Below, in pieces: positions 18,302 through 26,575 of a stretch of 34,183 bases of DNA (position 1 is its first letter; each line of letters starts with the position of its first letter). A program made the translations under genes and the position numbers. The DNA comes from Ktedonobacteraceae bacterium. GTDB lineage: Bacteria; Chloroflexota; Ktedonobacteria; Ktedonobacterales; Ktedonobacteraceae. Below the pieces are notes generated by a model, which saw only the letters and a list, made by a program, of their open reading frames with translations, did no database searches and was not told the origin of the DNA. The stretch is from the NCBI GenBank assembly GCA_035308345.1, contig DATGGW010000394.1, forward strand, positions 1 through 34,183, written 5' to 3'.

Positions 18302-18874
18302 TTACAAGTCAAAGTACATGTGCTGCCAGGGCCAGACCCACACCCAACCGGGGCCGCGGAAGAAGCTGCCTGCAAGGGTAATGACTGCCCAGAATACCGC
18401 GAACATGGTAAAGGTGACAATCGCCACTTTGCGATCAGCGTAGGCGCGGCTGGGATTGCGATCAACGTAGGGCAGAACCACCAGTCCGACCAGAACCAGT
18501 CCGGGTATCAGCACACCTGCTGTGGTAGGCGCGAAGTAGTGCAGCAACTCTTGCAGGCCCAGGAAGTACCAGGGAGCTTTGGCAGGGTTGGGCGTCAAAT
18601 TTGGGTTTGCCGGGGCGCGCAAAGGCGCATCGATGACGATGGAAAGCAATGTCACCATGACCGTCACGATGGTGGCGGCGAAAAATTCGCGCACCAGCAG
18701 ATGCGGCCAGACAAACACCGAGTCTTCCAACGGCTTTTCAACGCGTGTTATCGCTTCCTGCTTCACCACCGCCAGGGTGCGATAACGGCGCTGCGTCGCG
18801 CCTGCCTGAGTCTGCACTCCTGGTTCTTTTTGTTCAATCGACATGATGTAGCATCCTCTCCAGAGAACCGTCAC
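18302..18874 (-). CDS. Cytochrome bc complex subunit IV (C-terminal half of cytochrome b; PetD/QcrC-like)
   Basis: ANPNLTPNPAKAPWYFLGLQELL aligns with the PetD sequence ANP..TP....PEWYF. Three TM helices. The ATG at 18844 (MSIEQKEP...) has RBS GGAGAGGA and is the likelier start. Confidence 0.88.
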   Translation of the reverse strand: MTVLWRGCYIMSIEQKEPGVQTQAGATQRRYRTLAVVKQEAITRVEKPLEDSVFVWPHLLVREFFAATIVTVMVTLLSIVIDAPLRAPANPNLTPNPAKAPWYFLGLQELLHYFAPTTAGVLIPGLVLVGLVVLPYVDRNPSRAYADRKVAIVTFTMFAVFWAVITLAGSFFRGPGWVWVWPWQHMYFDL

Positions 18875-18897
18875 AACGGCTAACTAGTCAACGCCGA

Positions 18898-19716
18898 TTA
18901 TTGCCGGGCAGAGCCGACTACTGCGCGTTCTGAGCGCGCTTCCAACTCTCTACGAGACGGAGGCGGGGGACCGGCAGCGCCGCCATCCTTACGGATACGC
19001 CAGAAATGAACAGCCATCAGCAAAGCTCCAGCCAGCGGCAACAGGATTACGTGGCCCACATAGAAGCGCACCAGCGTTGATTGCCCGACTGCCGAGCCTC
19101 CCACAAGTACCTTGTAGACCGCGGGGCCCAGGATAGGAGCGTAAGGCGCCAGGTTAGTGCCGACGGTGATAGCCCAGATGGCGATCTGGTCCCAGGGCAG
19201 AAGATAGCCGGTGAAACTCAGGAACAGAGTAACGAAAAAGAGTCCGACGCCGACCACCCAGTTAAACTCTCTGGGAGGTTTGTACGCGCCATGATAGAAA
19301 ACGCGAATCATATGCAGCGTGACCGTTACCACCATCAGGTGGGCCGCCCAACGATGCATATTGCGCACCAGGTGTCCGAATGACACGGCGCTGGCTAGCT
19401 GGTTGATGTTGCCGTAGGCCTGCGCCGTGTCAGGCACGTAGAAGAACATCAGAAACACACCGGTGATCGTCAGAAGCAGGAATAAGAAGAACGAAATACC
19501 ACCCATACACCAGGTATAGGTGACTTTCAAGGCCTGGCGGCTGATTTTCACCGGGTGCAGGTGCAGAAATACATTGCCCATCATCACCAGAGACTGGTTT
19601 AACGGGGTATCAGGATAGCCATGGCGAAATATTGAGCGCCACACCTGACTCTCGAGCATCTTCTGCGTCATTGTGTCGAGCAAGCTTTTCTTTGGAAGAG
19701 AACTCACCGTGCCCAC
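18898..19716 (-). CDS. Cytochrome b6-type subunit (N-terminal four-helix half of cytochrome b)
   Basis: Heme ligand pairs are H-x13-H (NMHRWAAHLMVVTVTLH) and H-x14-H (GHVILLPLAGALLMAVH). TWCMGGISF matches the b6 sequence YCLGGIT (the heme ci Cys). The protein ends at HFWRIRKDGG, as b6 does. The GTG at 19716 overlaps the SD GGAAGG, so the GTG at 19707 is the likelier start. Confidence 0.9.
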   Translation of the reverse strand: MGTVSSLPKKSLLDTMTQKMLESQVWRSIFRHGYPDTPLNQSLVMMGNVFLHLHPVKISRQALKVTYTWCMGGISFFLFLLLTITGVFLMFFYVPDTAQAYGNINQLASAVSFGHLVRNMHRWAAHLMVVTVTLHMIRVFYHGAYKPPREFNWVVGVGLFFVTLFLSFTGYLLPWDQIAIWAITVGTNLAPYAPILGPAVYKVLVGGSAVGQSTLVRFYVGHVILLPLAGALLMAVHFWRIRKDGGAAGPPPPSRRELEARSERAVVGSARQ

Positions 19717-19809
19717 CTTCCTAAATGTTTACAAAAATCTTCGGTTTCTGAATTGTCTCCCTAAAAGACAATTGCCAGGAGTTTGAAAAGTCCTAATTAT
19801 GCGTGGCAA

Positions 19810-19818
19810 ATTATATCA
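19810..19818 (-). promoter_or_regulatory. Candidate extended -10 promoter element for the bc operon
   Basis: The minus strand reads TGATATAAT (TGnTATAAT) about 95-110 nt upstream of the cytochrome b start. There is no good -35. Confidence 0.3.
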
Positions 19819-20047
19819 TACAAATGCCCGTTTCGTGTAGGCCCCAGTTTCAGAAATTGAGGCTACACTTACTATTATAGTGATTGTAACGCATTCCGTA
19901 ACAATTGAGAAGAGCTAGATGTCTATATATGGCGATTGAAATGCCCAGAAAGGGTTATTACCCTTAGCTTACTGTAACCTGAGAGGGCTGACATCAGGTA
20001 GATACCTGATATTTGCAGACCTGACACCTGATTCCACCGCGTAGAGC

Positions 20048-20070
20048 ATGGTGACCCTTGCGGTCGCCAT
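20048..20070. repeat. Palindromic hairpin repeat (GACCCTTGCGGTC family), solitary copy
   Basis: ATGGTGACC-CTTGC-GGTCGCCAT forms a 9-bp stem with one G-U pair. It shares its core with the two arms at 27370..27458. Confidence 0.55.
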
Positions 20071-20135
20071 GTCTGATTGCCGATACATTCCTTTCCCGCG
20101 ACTTTCGCAAAGCCCCACTGCAATTTTATTTCACA

Positions 20136-20165
20136 TTGACACGATCAGCGCCTTATCACTACAAT
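20136..20165 (+). promoter_or_regulatory. Candidate sigma-70 promoter of the histidine kinase/response regulator operon
   Basis: TTGACA (20136..20141), an 18-nt spacer, then TACAAT (20160..20165). Confidence 0.45.
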
Positions 20166-20172
20166 ATGAAGA

Positions 20173-21294
20173 GTGCAGGAAAGGATTGAAACGATGGTTA
20201 CGCCCAGAAAGCAGCAAACGGAGGTTGAACAGCAGGGTAATCTCATTCTTAAACGACTGCTGAGCATTCCCATTTTTTATAAGGTATTGATTGCTAATAG
20301 TGCGATTATCTTCTTTGGCGCGACGGGCGGCACATGGCTCGCGACCCACCTCAACACCAGCCCATACGCAACGCCTATGTCGCTGGTGGGCTTTGTCGCT
20401 GTTGGCTGGTTAATCAGTATTGCGCTCAATATTGTGGTACTCCAGATCGCTTTCCGCCCACTGACACATCTGGCAAAAGTTATGCGCCGCGTGCAGAAGG
20501 GCGAGCGTACTCTGCGCGCGCCTCTCACAGGTATTGACTCGCAAGCAGACCAGCTGGCCGGCGCCTTTAACATGGTGCTCGAAGCGCTGGACGATGCTTC
20601 GCGCCAGCGCGCCAGTCAGATCATCAACGCGCAGGAGCAGGAACGCCAGCGCATCGCGCGCGAATTGCACGATGAAACCAGCCAGGTGCTCACCTCGCTG
20701 CTGATTAGCCTGGCGGTGTTGGAAGAATCCATCGAGTCGCAAGAGGCGCGTGAACGTATCACAGATACGCGCACGCTGGCGCACTCAACATTGCGAGCGA
20801 TTCGCAATTTGAGTATTGATCTGCGGCCCAGCGCGCTGGACGATCTGGGGCTGTTGCCCGCGCTGCGCTGGTACGTGAAAGAGTATCAGAAGAAGTGCGC
20901 CATTGAGGTGGATTTCCGTTCAAGTGGGCTGAAAGAACGCTTGCCAGCCGAGATGGAGACCGCGCTTTACCGCATCGTGCAGGAGTGCCTGACCAATACT
21001 GTACGGCACTCAAATGCAAAAAAGGTCTCGGTTATGCTGAGAGAGACCGAGGATGCGGTGAAAGCCACTATCAAAGATGATGGCTGTGGTTTTGATTATG
21101 AAGCGCTGCTCAAGAATCCAGGGCCGGAGCGAGGATTGGGCCTGGCAGGTATGCACGAACGCGCAGTGCTGCTGGATGGCACGCTCCACATCTCGTCAGA
21201 ACCAGGAAAGGGAACTACGGTGAAGGTCGCTATACCACTACCGCATGCCCGGCGATCATCATTGCCCGAAAATGAAGAGTTGACAGTACAATAA
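20173..21294 (+). CDS. NarL/LiaS-type sensor histidine kinase (2 TM, HAMP, HisKA_3, HATPase_c)
   Basis: H-box ARELHDETSQVLTSL, RIVQECLTNTVRHSNA, DDGCGFD, GLGLAGMHERA. If the -10 at 20160..20165 is real, the track start (GTG 20173) lies almost at the transcription start. The ATG at 20194 (MVTPRK...) with RBS AGGAAAGGA is more likely. Confidence 0.9.
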   Translation: MQERIETMVTPRKQQTEVEQQGNLILKRLLSIPIFYKVLIANSAIIFFGATGGTWLATHLNTSPYATPMSLVGFVAVGWLISIALNIVVLQIAFRPLTHLAKVMRRVQKGERTLRAPLTGIDSQADQLAGAFNMVLEALDDASRQRASQIINAQEQERQRIARELHDETSQVLTSLLISLAVLEESIESQEARERITDTRTLAHSTLRAIRNLSIDLRPSALDDLGLLPALRWYVKEYQKKCAIEVDFRSSGLKERLPAEMETALYRIVQECLTNTVRHSNAKKVSVMLRETEDAVKATIKDDGCGFDYEALLKNPGPERGLGLAGMHERAVLLDGTLHISSEPGKGTTVKVAIPLPHARRSSLPENEELTVQ

Positions 21295-21303
21295 CAGGAT
21301 TTC

Positions 21304-21957
21304 TTGATGAAGATACACATTTTATTAGCGGATGATCATACTATCCTACGTGCCGGACTGAAGATGATGCTGAATGCGCAGCCCGACATGGAAGTGGTAG
21401 GAGAGGCGCAGGGAGGACGCCACGCCATCCAGGAAGCGCAGCGCCTGCATCCAGACATTGTTTTGATGGATATTACGATGCCCGATATAAACGGTATCGA
21501 GGCCACCAGGCAGATCAAAAAAATTGCGCCCGATGTTAAGGTGCTGGTGTTGACGATGCATGAGAATGACGAGTATGTCTTTCAAGCATTGCGAGCAGGG
21601 GCGTCCGGTTATATGTTGAAGGAAGCGGCTGATACCGAACTGATCACGGCTCTGCACGTCGTGCAAAATGGGAATTTCTATCTTTCACCAACGGCGCAAT
21701 CGGTGATGGTGGGAGATTATTTGCAGCGGGTGAATGCCGGCGAGGAAAAGGATAGTTACAGTAACCTGACGGAGCGAGAACGCGAAATCTTAAAGCTGGT
21801 AGCCGAGGGCTATACCAACAACCAGATCGCGGAGCAACTGGTGATTAGCCCGAAAACGGTTGATACACACCGTACCCACATTATGGATAAACTGAATTTG
21901 CATAGCCGCGCCGAGCTGGTCAAATATGCCATGCGGCGCGGCCTGTTAGAGGATTGA
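21304..21957 (+). CDS. NarL/LuxR-family response regulator (REC + HTH_LuxR)
   Basis: LLADDH, the phospho-acceptor region VLMDITMPD, and LTEREREILKLVAEGYTNNQIAEQLVISPKTVDTHRTHIM. The likely ATG is at 21307. Confidence 0.92.
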   Translation: MMKIHILLADDHTILRAGLKMMLNAQPDMEVVGEAQGGRHAIQEAQRLHPDIVLMDITMPDINGIEATRQIKKIAPDVKVLVLTMHENDEYVFQALRAGASGYMLKEAADTELITALHVVQNGNFYLSPTAQSVMVGDYLQRVNAGEEKDSYSNLTEREREILKLVAEGYTNNQIAEQLVISPKTVDTHRTHIMDKLNLHSRAELVKYAMRRGLLED

Positions 21958-21986
21958 TGGAGTGGGCGCGATAAATCCGGCCTCTA

Positions 21987-22337
21987 CTACACTTCATCAT
22001 CATCGGTGTCAAAATCTTCATCGGCCTCGTTTTCATCCGCGAAATATTCATCGCTATAGAATCCGACATCTTTGCCAATGTAGACACTGACCAGGAAATC
22101 ATCGCGCGGCATATCGGCTGAGAGCACCAGGTCCTCGTCGATCTGCTCGATGAGCTTGGTGAGATCGGACTCATCCAACTCTCGCTCTAAGATAAGCGTT
22201 CCATGTACGGCGGTCGTGGTAAAGTGAATATCTATGGTGCCAATGCGATTGTTACTCTGCAAGCTAGCGCCTTGCATAATGTAATAGCTTTCCGAGTAAG
22301 GTGTGCGGAAGTGTCGTTCAAATCGAATATCATCCAT
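21987..22337 (-). CDS. Small hypothetical protein with a poly-acidic C-terminal tail
   Basis: 116-aa ORF ending ...DEYFADENEADEDFDTDDDEV. It has no obvious SD and I recognise no family. I keep it because it fills an otherwise empty interval and the sequence looks protein-like. Confidence 0.45.
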   Translation of the reverse strand: MDDIRFERHFRTPYSESYYIMQGASLQSNNRIGTIDIHFTTTAVHGTLILERELDESDLTKLIEQIDEDLVLSADMPRDDFLVSVYIGKDVGFYSDEYFADENEADEDFDTDDDEV

Positions 22338-22443
22338 AAAGTTAAGCCATCGCGCAGCTTACATGCCGCGCTCTCCTTTCTCATCAACGCCTGTAAATAA
22401 GACGCCGCTATTATATCATCTGAATACCTGAGCGTATAGTTTA

Positions 22444-23772
22444 TTAGAGAAATTGAAACGATGCGCGTACTATCGAAAAGAATATATGATCCGCGCCGGT
22501 ATAAGTGCTCGCCGGAGCCATCTCTACCACCGCGTAGAAGTTGCTCCCATGCGTCGTCACCAGCAAAGTTTCCGTGTAGGTTGCGCCGCTCAACAGAGCC
22601 GTGCCTTGAAGCTGCTGCCACGTGGCTCCGGCGAACGTGAGTGGCGGCTGGTTTTTCTGCGCGCTCAATCCAAGCTGTGAGGCTTCCTTTTTGATATACT
22701 GCGCAGCGTTCTGACCATTTATAGCTGATACGCTTACGTTTACCTGGTCGGTATGATTGACATCGAAGAAGGAAACCGCTTGATTGTGCTTATCGAGCTG
22801 CGCCGTCCAGCCCTGCGGGTATTGAAGGGCTATCCCCAGGTCTGAGTTTTGAAACGAGAGTGTTGTCTTAGTCACCGCAGGCACGCTGAAAGGTTGATAG
22901 GCAATGATCCAGGTGGTCAGGCCGCCTAACAGCAATACCAGCAGCAAGACAAGTACGACAACCAGCCGTAATTTACTCTTGCGCCTGGCGGGACGGGCCT
23001 GGAAAGACCCGGCAGGTCTTCCAGAAGTGGCGGGCTGTTGAAAACCTGGAAGAGAAGTCGGTAAAGGGGGCGTCACCGGACGTTGCGTTGGCACAGCTTG
23101 CCGGTATGACTGCGCTGGAAAAGGTCTCCCTGCGGACCGGTCTTGCGGCGCTACAGGCGAGGGCGGTTTTTCATTGTGTCCGGGAAGAACCGCCGAGAGC
23201 ATTGGAGTAGTTGGGAGGTCTTCTACCCGATGATCATTCACCGGCGTGGTGGGCGCGGATTGTGACTCTGCCTGCTCTTCACGACGCCCGTTTTGCTGCT
23301 CTTCGCGAGCGGCAAAATCGGTTGTTGCGGCGCCTTGCCAGACTTTGATGCGCATCTCGCGTTGAGGCAATTGAGGACCTGCAGGTGAAAGCGACGAACG
23401 AACCGCGTTGGTCGGGGGTGGTTCAAGCTTCGGCGGCGCTGCCTGGTTCTGGCTCTCGTTGGCGGGCGACCACAAGGGATCGCCCCTACGGGCACGACTG
23501 CCCATTTTTTCAAGTTTGCTCATCCAGGGTGGTGGGTCAACAGGAGCAGGGCGTTGGGGTGGAACAAATGCAATCTGCTCGCGCAGAACCGGTCGCTCGC
23601 CAGCATTCTCTACAATCGGAATGCTTTGTTGGTCGCCTGAAATCACGTCGGTGCGCGGAGATGCCGGAGATGCTTCGGCGCTAGAAGAAGAAATAGACGC
23701 GCCACAATTATTACAAAACCGAGCATTTTTCCTCAGCAGAGGATTCCCACATTGCGAACAGAGTTTTGCCAC
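22444..23772 (-). CDS. Zinc-ribbon / proline-rich / single-TM protein with an extracytoplasmic C-terminal domain
   Basis: 442 aa. N-terminal CSQCGNPLL-x8-CNNCG zinc ribbon, about 250 aa of Pro/Ala/Gln-rich low complexity, TM segment LRLVVVLVLLLVLLLGGLTTWIIA, and a C-terminal ~170-aa domain (ALQYPQGWTAQL; DcrB/PsbP-like appearance). GTG start with RBS GAAGGAGAAG. Confidence 0.7.
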   Translation of the reverse strand: MAKLCSQCGNPLLRKNARFCNNCGASISSSSAEASPASPRTDVISGDQQSIPIVENAGERPVLREQIAFVPPQRPAPVDPPPWMSKLEKMGSRARRGDPLWSPANESQNQAAPPKLEPPPTNAVRSSLSPAGPQLPQREMRIKVWQGAATTDFAAREEQQNGRREEQAESQSAPTTPVNDHRVEDLPTTPMLSAVLPGHNEKPPSPVAPQDRSAGRPFPAQSYRQAVPTQRPVTPPLPTSLPGFQQPATSGRPAGSFQARPARRKSKLRLVVVLVLLLVLLLGGLTTWIIAYQPFSVPAVTKTTLSFQNSDLGIALQYPQGWTAQLDKHNQAVSFFDVNHTDQVNVSVSAINGQNAAQYIKKEASQLGLSAQKNQPPLTFAGATWQQLQGTALLSGATYTETLLVTTHGSNFYAVVEMAPASTYTGADHIFFSIVRASFQFL

Positions 23773-23844
23773 GAAACTTCTCCTTCATGCCTTTACCTTA
23801 CTCTACTCAGGGGAGTTCGTCAAGTCATACCGCCAAATGTCAGG

Positions 23845-25080
23845 TTATTTCAATTCGAGCAGCGCTTCGCGCTCGGCCGCAGTCGCGATAACCTGCTGAT
23901 TTTTGACAATTTCGACCAGTTTTTTGCGACCTTTGGGACTCCCAATCATGAGCACGCCTACTAGTTTGTGATCGCGGAAGAAGAGTTTGCGGTAGTTCTC
24001 ATTGCCCTTTTCGCCTGGCTCGCGGCGCGCAATGCTCTGTAGCTCCGGGTTATTCGATTCCGCCGTGCCGACTACAGCGATATTCACATCAAATAGAGGA
24101 CTGGTATAGGTTGGCACATCGATATAAGGCTCGTGGCCGCCCGCCATATTAACGCCGACGATGCGCCCATGCGCCATAGCGTTATCCCAGGTTCCCATGG
24201 TGTGATGCCTATCAATGGTTGGATCATAAAATTCGGCCACGTCGCCTGCCGAGAACACTCCGGGGACGTTGGTCTCAAGATATTCATTGACAACCACACC
24301 GCTGCGCACTTCGACATGGGTATCTGCCAGTATTTGCGTATTCAGGGTGATCCCCAGACCCACACCGATCACATCCGCCTGTATCTCGCGGCCCTTCTTC
24401 GTTTTCACATAACCGGGAACGCCATTCTGCGGTACCACCGACTCGATTTCATCTCCATGAATGATTTCGACGCCGAACTTGCGGGCGATATTGTCCACTA
24501 CTTCGCCGCCATCGGCATCAAGCGAACTGCGCAGCCAGAATGGGCCGCGCATCAGCCATGTCGTATGCAGCTTGCGCACCGCAAATCCATCACACATTTC
24601 GTAGGAGATGAAACTGCCGCCATAGGCTAACGCTGTGCGCGACTCAAGCATACGCGCAATGATGGTTTTGGTATCGTCGAGCGTGACAAAGTTATAAATA
24701 TGCTTTGTATCGCGCGCTCCTGGACAGCGCAAAGGATTGGCCCACCCTCCGGTCGCAACCAGCAGCGCATCGTAGGGGTAGATTTTTCCATTATCCGTCG
24801 TCACGACCCGCTCCTCCGTGTCGACATGCGTGACCATCGTCTCGGTTATCAATTGCAGGTTGCGCTGCTCGTGCCAGGCGAAGTCACGTATCATCACCTT
24901 CTGCTCTACAATCACACCTTGTAAAAAACGCGGCAGGGACACACGATTATAGAGTGGATAGGGTTCATTCGTCAGTAAATGAATGCTGCAATTGGGGTCG
25001 TTCTTGCGCAATGTATCGGCGGCGGTGGTGCCTGCAATGCCGTTGCCAATAATTACATAGCGTCTATCGCGCGTCGTCAA
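23845..25080 (-). CDS. FAD-dependent pyridine nucleotide-disulfide oxidoreductase family protein
   Basis: 411 aa. N-terminal Rossmann motif VIIGNGIAGTTAA and FAD motif VFSAGDVAEF. The second dinucleotide-binding site looks degenerate (YGGSFISYE). Confidence 0.82.
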   Translation of the reverse strand: MTTRDRRYVIIGNGIAGTTAADTLRKNDPNCSIHLLTNEPYPLYNRVSLPRFLQGVIVEQKVMIRDFAWHEQRNLQLITETMVTHVDTEERVVTTDNGKIYPYDALLVATGGWANPLRCPGARDTKHIYNFVTLDDTKTIIARMLESRTALAYGGSFISYEMCDGFAVRKLHTTWLMRGPFWLRSSLDADGGEVVDNIARKFGVEIIHGDEIESVVPQNGVPGYVKTKKGREIQADVIGVGLGITLNTQILADTHVEVRSGVVVNEYLETNVPGVFSAGDVAEFYDPTIDRHHTMGTWDNAMAHGRIVGVNMAGGHEPYIDVPTYTSPLFDVNIAVVGTAESNNPELQSIARREPGEKGNENYRKLFFRDHKLVGVLMIGSPKGRKKLVEIVKNQQVIATAAEREALLELK

Positions 25081-25181
25081 ATGATAGCTCTCCTTGTCCA
25101 GTGTAATCTCCTATTCTGGATTCGAGGGGATTTTAGCATAGATTGGGAGAGATTGCCATATGCTCCTGCCAGCATCACTTT

Positions 25182-26498
25182 CTACCCGAAAAACAGTGTA
25201 TACAACAGCACCACATTCAGCACCGTTACCACCAGTGTAAGCAAGATATTGAAGAGGTGCGTATAGCGGCTATCGACAAGGTCGCCCATGAGGTCGCGGC
25301 GGTGGTTCAATAGCACGACGGCAGCCATAGTAAATGGCAGTTGCATGCTTAAGACCACCTGGCTGATGACCAGCACCTCAACGGATGAGATATTTAACGC
25401 GATAACAATGAGAGCAGGAATCATGGTCAGCAGACGCCAGACCCACATTTCAATATGTTTGTTCAGAAAACCCTGGAGCACAATTTGACCGGCGAGCGTG
25501 CCCGTTGTCGATGACGAGAGACCAGATGCCAGCAGCCCGATGCCAAAGGCCAGCGCCGCGAATACGCCCAGGGCAGGAACCAGCGTCACATATGCCTGCT
25601 GCAAACTGAGGTTGGCGGGATTGACGTGTTTAAAAAAGACGGTGCCGGCCACGATCAGCATGGCGGCATTGACGAAGAACGCCACGTTAAGCGCGGCGAC
25701 GGTATCTATTTTTGCCAGCCGCAGCACTTTGCGCCGCTCCTGAATAAGCGCATTTGGGCCGCTCAGTCGCTGTATGACAAGGGACGAGTGCAGGAATACG
25801 TTGTGCGGCATGACCGTTGCGCCCACAATGCCGACGGCCACCAGAATACTGCCAGATGAAACTTGAGGCGTAAACAGGTGAAGCGCAACCTGGCTCCAAT
25901 TGGGAGAAATCAGGCCCATCTCGTAGACATAGGCCAGCCCGATCACCGAAACCAGGCCAATGATGGCAAATTCAATCTTGCGAAAACCCCAGCGGCTCAG
26001 TCCGAGCAGACCCATCACGATCACTCCGGTGAGCAAGGCCGACGGGAAGAGTGGAATATGAAAGAGAATAGTAAAACCTAACGCCGCGCCCAGAAATTCA
26101 GCCATATCGGTTGCCATGATAGCAATGGCGGTGGTCACGCCGAGAACAATGACAACCGGACGTGAAAACTGCTCGCGAATGAGCACTGCCAGGTCTTTGC
26201 CGGTAGCTATACCCAGTTTGGCCGACGCGATTTGCAAGAAAATAGCGATAATGTTGCTGACGAGAATAACCCAGAGGAGTTCATAGCCAAAACCCGCGCC
26301 CGCTGCCAGATTTGTCCCCCAGTTGCCAGGGTCCATATAGCCGACGCTCACCAGAAACCCGGGGCCGAGCGCGCCAAATATCTCCCGCATCCCGATGCCC
26401 CAACGATTGTTCCGTAACTTGCCGAAAACTTTTAGTAAGCGCCCCCTCCCTGGAGCGCGATATCCACTTTTATCCTTTAATTGTGTGATCAACGCCAT
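25182..26498 (-). CDS. mntH: Nramp-family divalent metal (Mn2+/Fe2+) transporter
   Basis: GPGFLVSVGYMDPGNWGTNLAAGA and ATVMPHNVFLHSSL, with about 11 TM helices. I chose the ATG at 26498 (MALITQ...) because of RBS GGGGGAG. The longer track ORF (to 26561) would translate through an intergenic hairpin repeat. Confidence 0.9.
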   Translation of the reverse strand: MALITQLKDKSGYRAPGRGRLLKVFGKLRNNRWGIGMREIFGALGPGFLVSVGYMDPGNWGTNLAAGAGFGYELLWVILVSNIIAIFLQIASAKLGIATGKDLAVLIREQFSRPVVIVLGVTTAIAIMATDMAEFLGAALGFTILFHIPLFPSALLTGVIVMGLLGLSRWGFRKIEFAIIGLVSVIGLAYVYEMGLISPNWSQVALHLFTPQVSSGSILVAVGIVGATVMPHNVFLHSSLVIQRLSGPNALIQERRKVLRLAKIDTVAALNVAFFVNAAMLIVAGTVFFKHVNPANLSLQQAYVTLVPALGVFAALAFGIGLLASGLSSSTTGTLAGQIVLQGFLNKHIEMWVWRLLTMIPALIVIALNISSVEVLVISQVVLSMQLPFTMAAVVLLNHRRDLMGDLVDSRYTHLFNILLTLVVTVLNVVLLYTLFFG

Positions 26499-26511
26499 TC
26501 GTTTCTCCCCC

Positions 26512-26560
26512 GGAGTCGCCTGGATGACTATGGTTGGACACGATAAATCGCGTCCCTGCA
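26512..26560. repeat. Half copy of the GGGACGCGATTTATCGCGTCC palindromic repeat family, between mntR and mntH
   Basis: GGAGTCGCCT, 14 nt, then GGACACGATAAATCGCGTCCCTGCA. The 25-nt arm matches arm B at 33045..33069 at 23 of 25 positions. The GGAGTCGCCT core is identical to 33027..33036. Confidence 0.65.
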
Positions 26561-26575
26561 AACGGGCATCTTACT

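Noticed and set aside
17775-18443. 222-aa + strand ORF antisense to the Rieske and SUIV genes, plus many similar shadow ORFs (for example 1903..2418, 4654..5088, 13652..14179, 15545..16054, 18296..18883, 24133..24630)
   Set aside because: All lie entirely within, and antisense or out of frame to, long ORFs with clear family motifs. Long shadow ORFs are expected in GC-rich coding DNA.
19923-20123. 66-aa minus-strand ORF in the bc / two-component intergenic region
   Set aside because: It spans the palindromic repeat at 20048..20070 (peptide WRPQGSP), has no SD, and has an implausible composition. The region is better explained as promoters plus the repeat.
21964-21987. Degenerate copy of the GGGACGCGAT repeat (GGGCGCGATAAATCCGGCCTCTAC) between the response regulator and the acidic-protein gene
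   Set aside because: Only about three quarters of positions match and the internal palindrome is broken. I mention it under the repeat finding but do not think it is solid enough to annotate as a feature.
26499-26561. N-terminal 21 codons of the longest mntH ORF (start 26561), and likewise codons 1-33 of the longest mntR ORF (27284..27382)
   Set aside because: The extensions lack an SD and translate repeat or promoter DNA. The internal ATGs at 26498 and 27283 have strong SD sequences (GGGGGAG and GGAGGG) and give normal family N-termini.
26499-26575. Mn-sensing (yybP-ykoY) riboswitch upstream of mntH
   Set aside because: The spacer is only 77 nt and is largely taken up by the repeat hairpin and the SD. 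I could not recognise any four-way-junction-like conserved elements.
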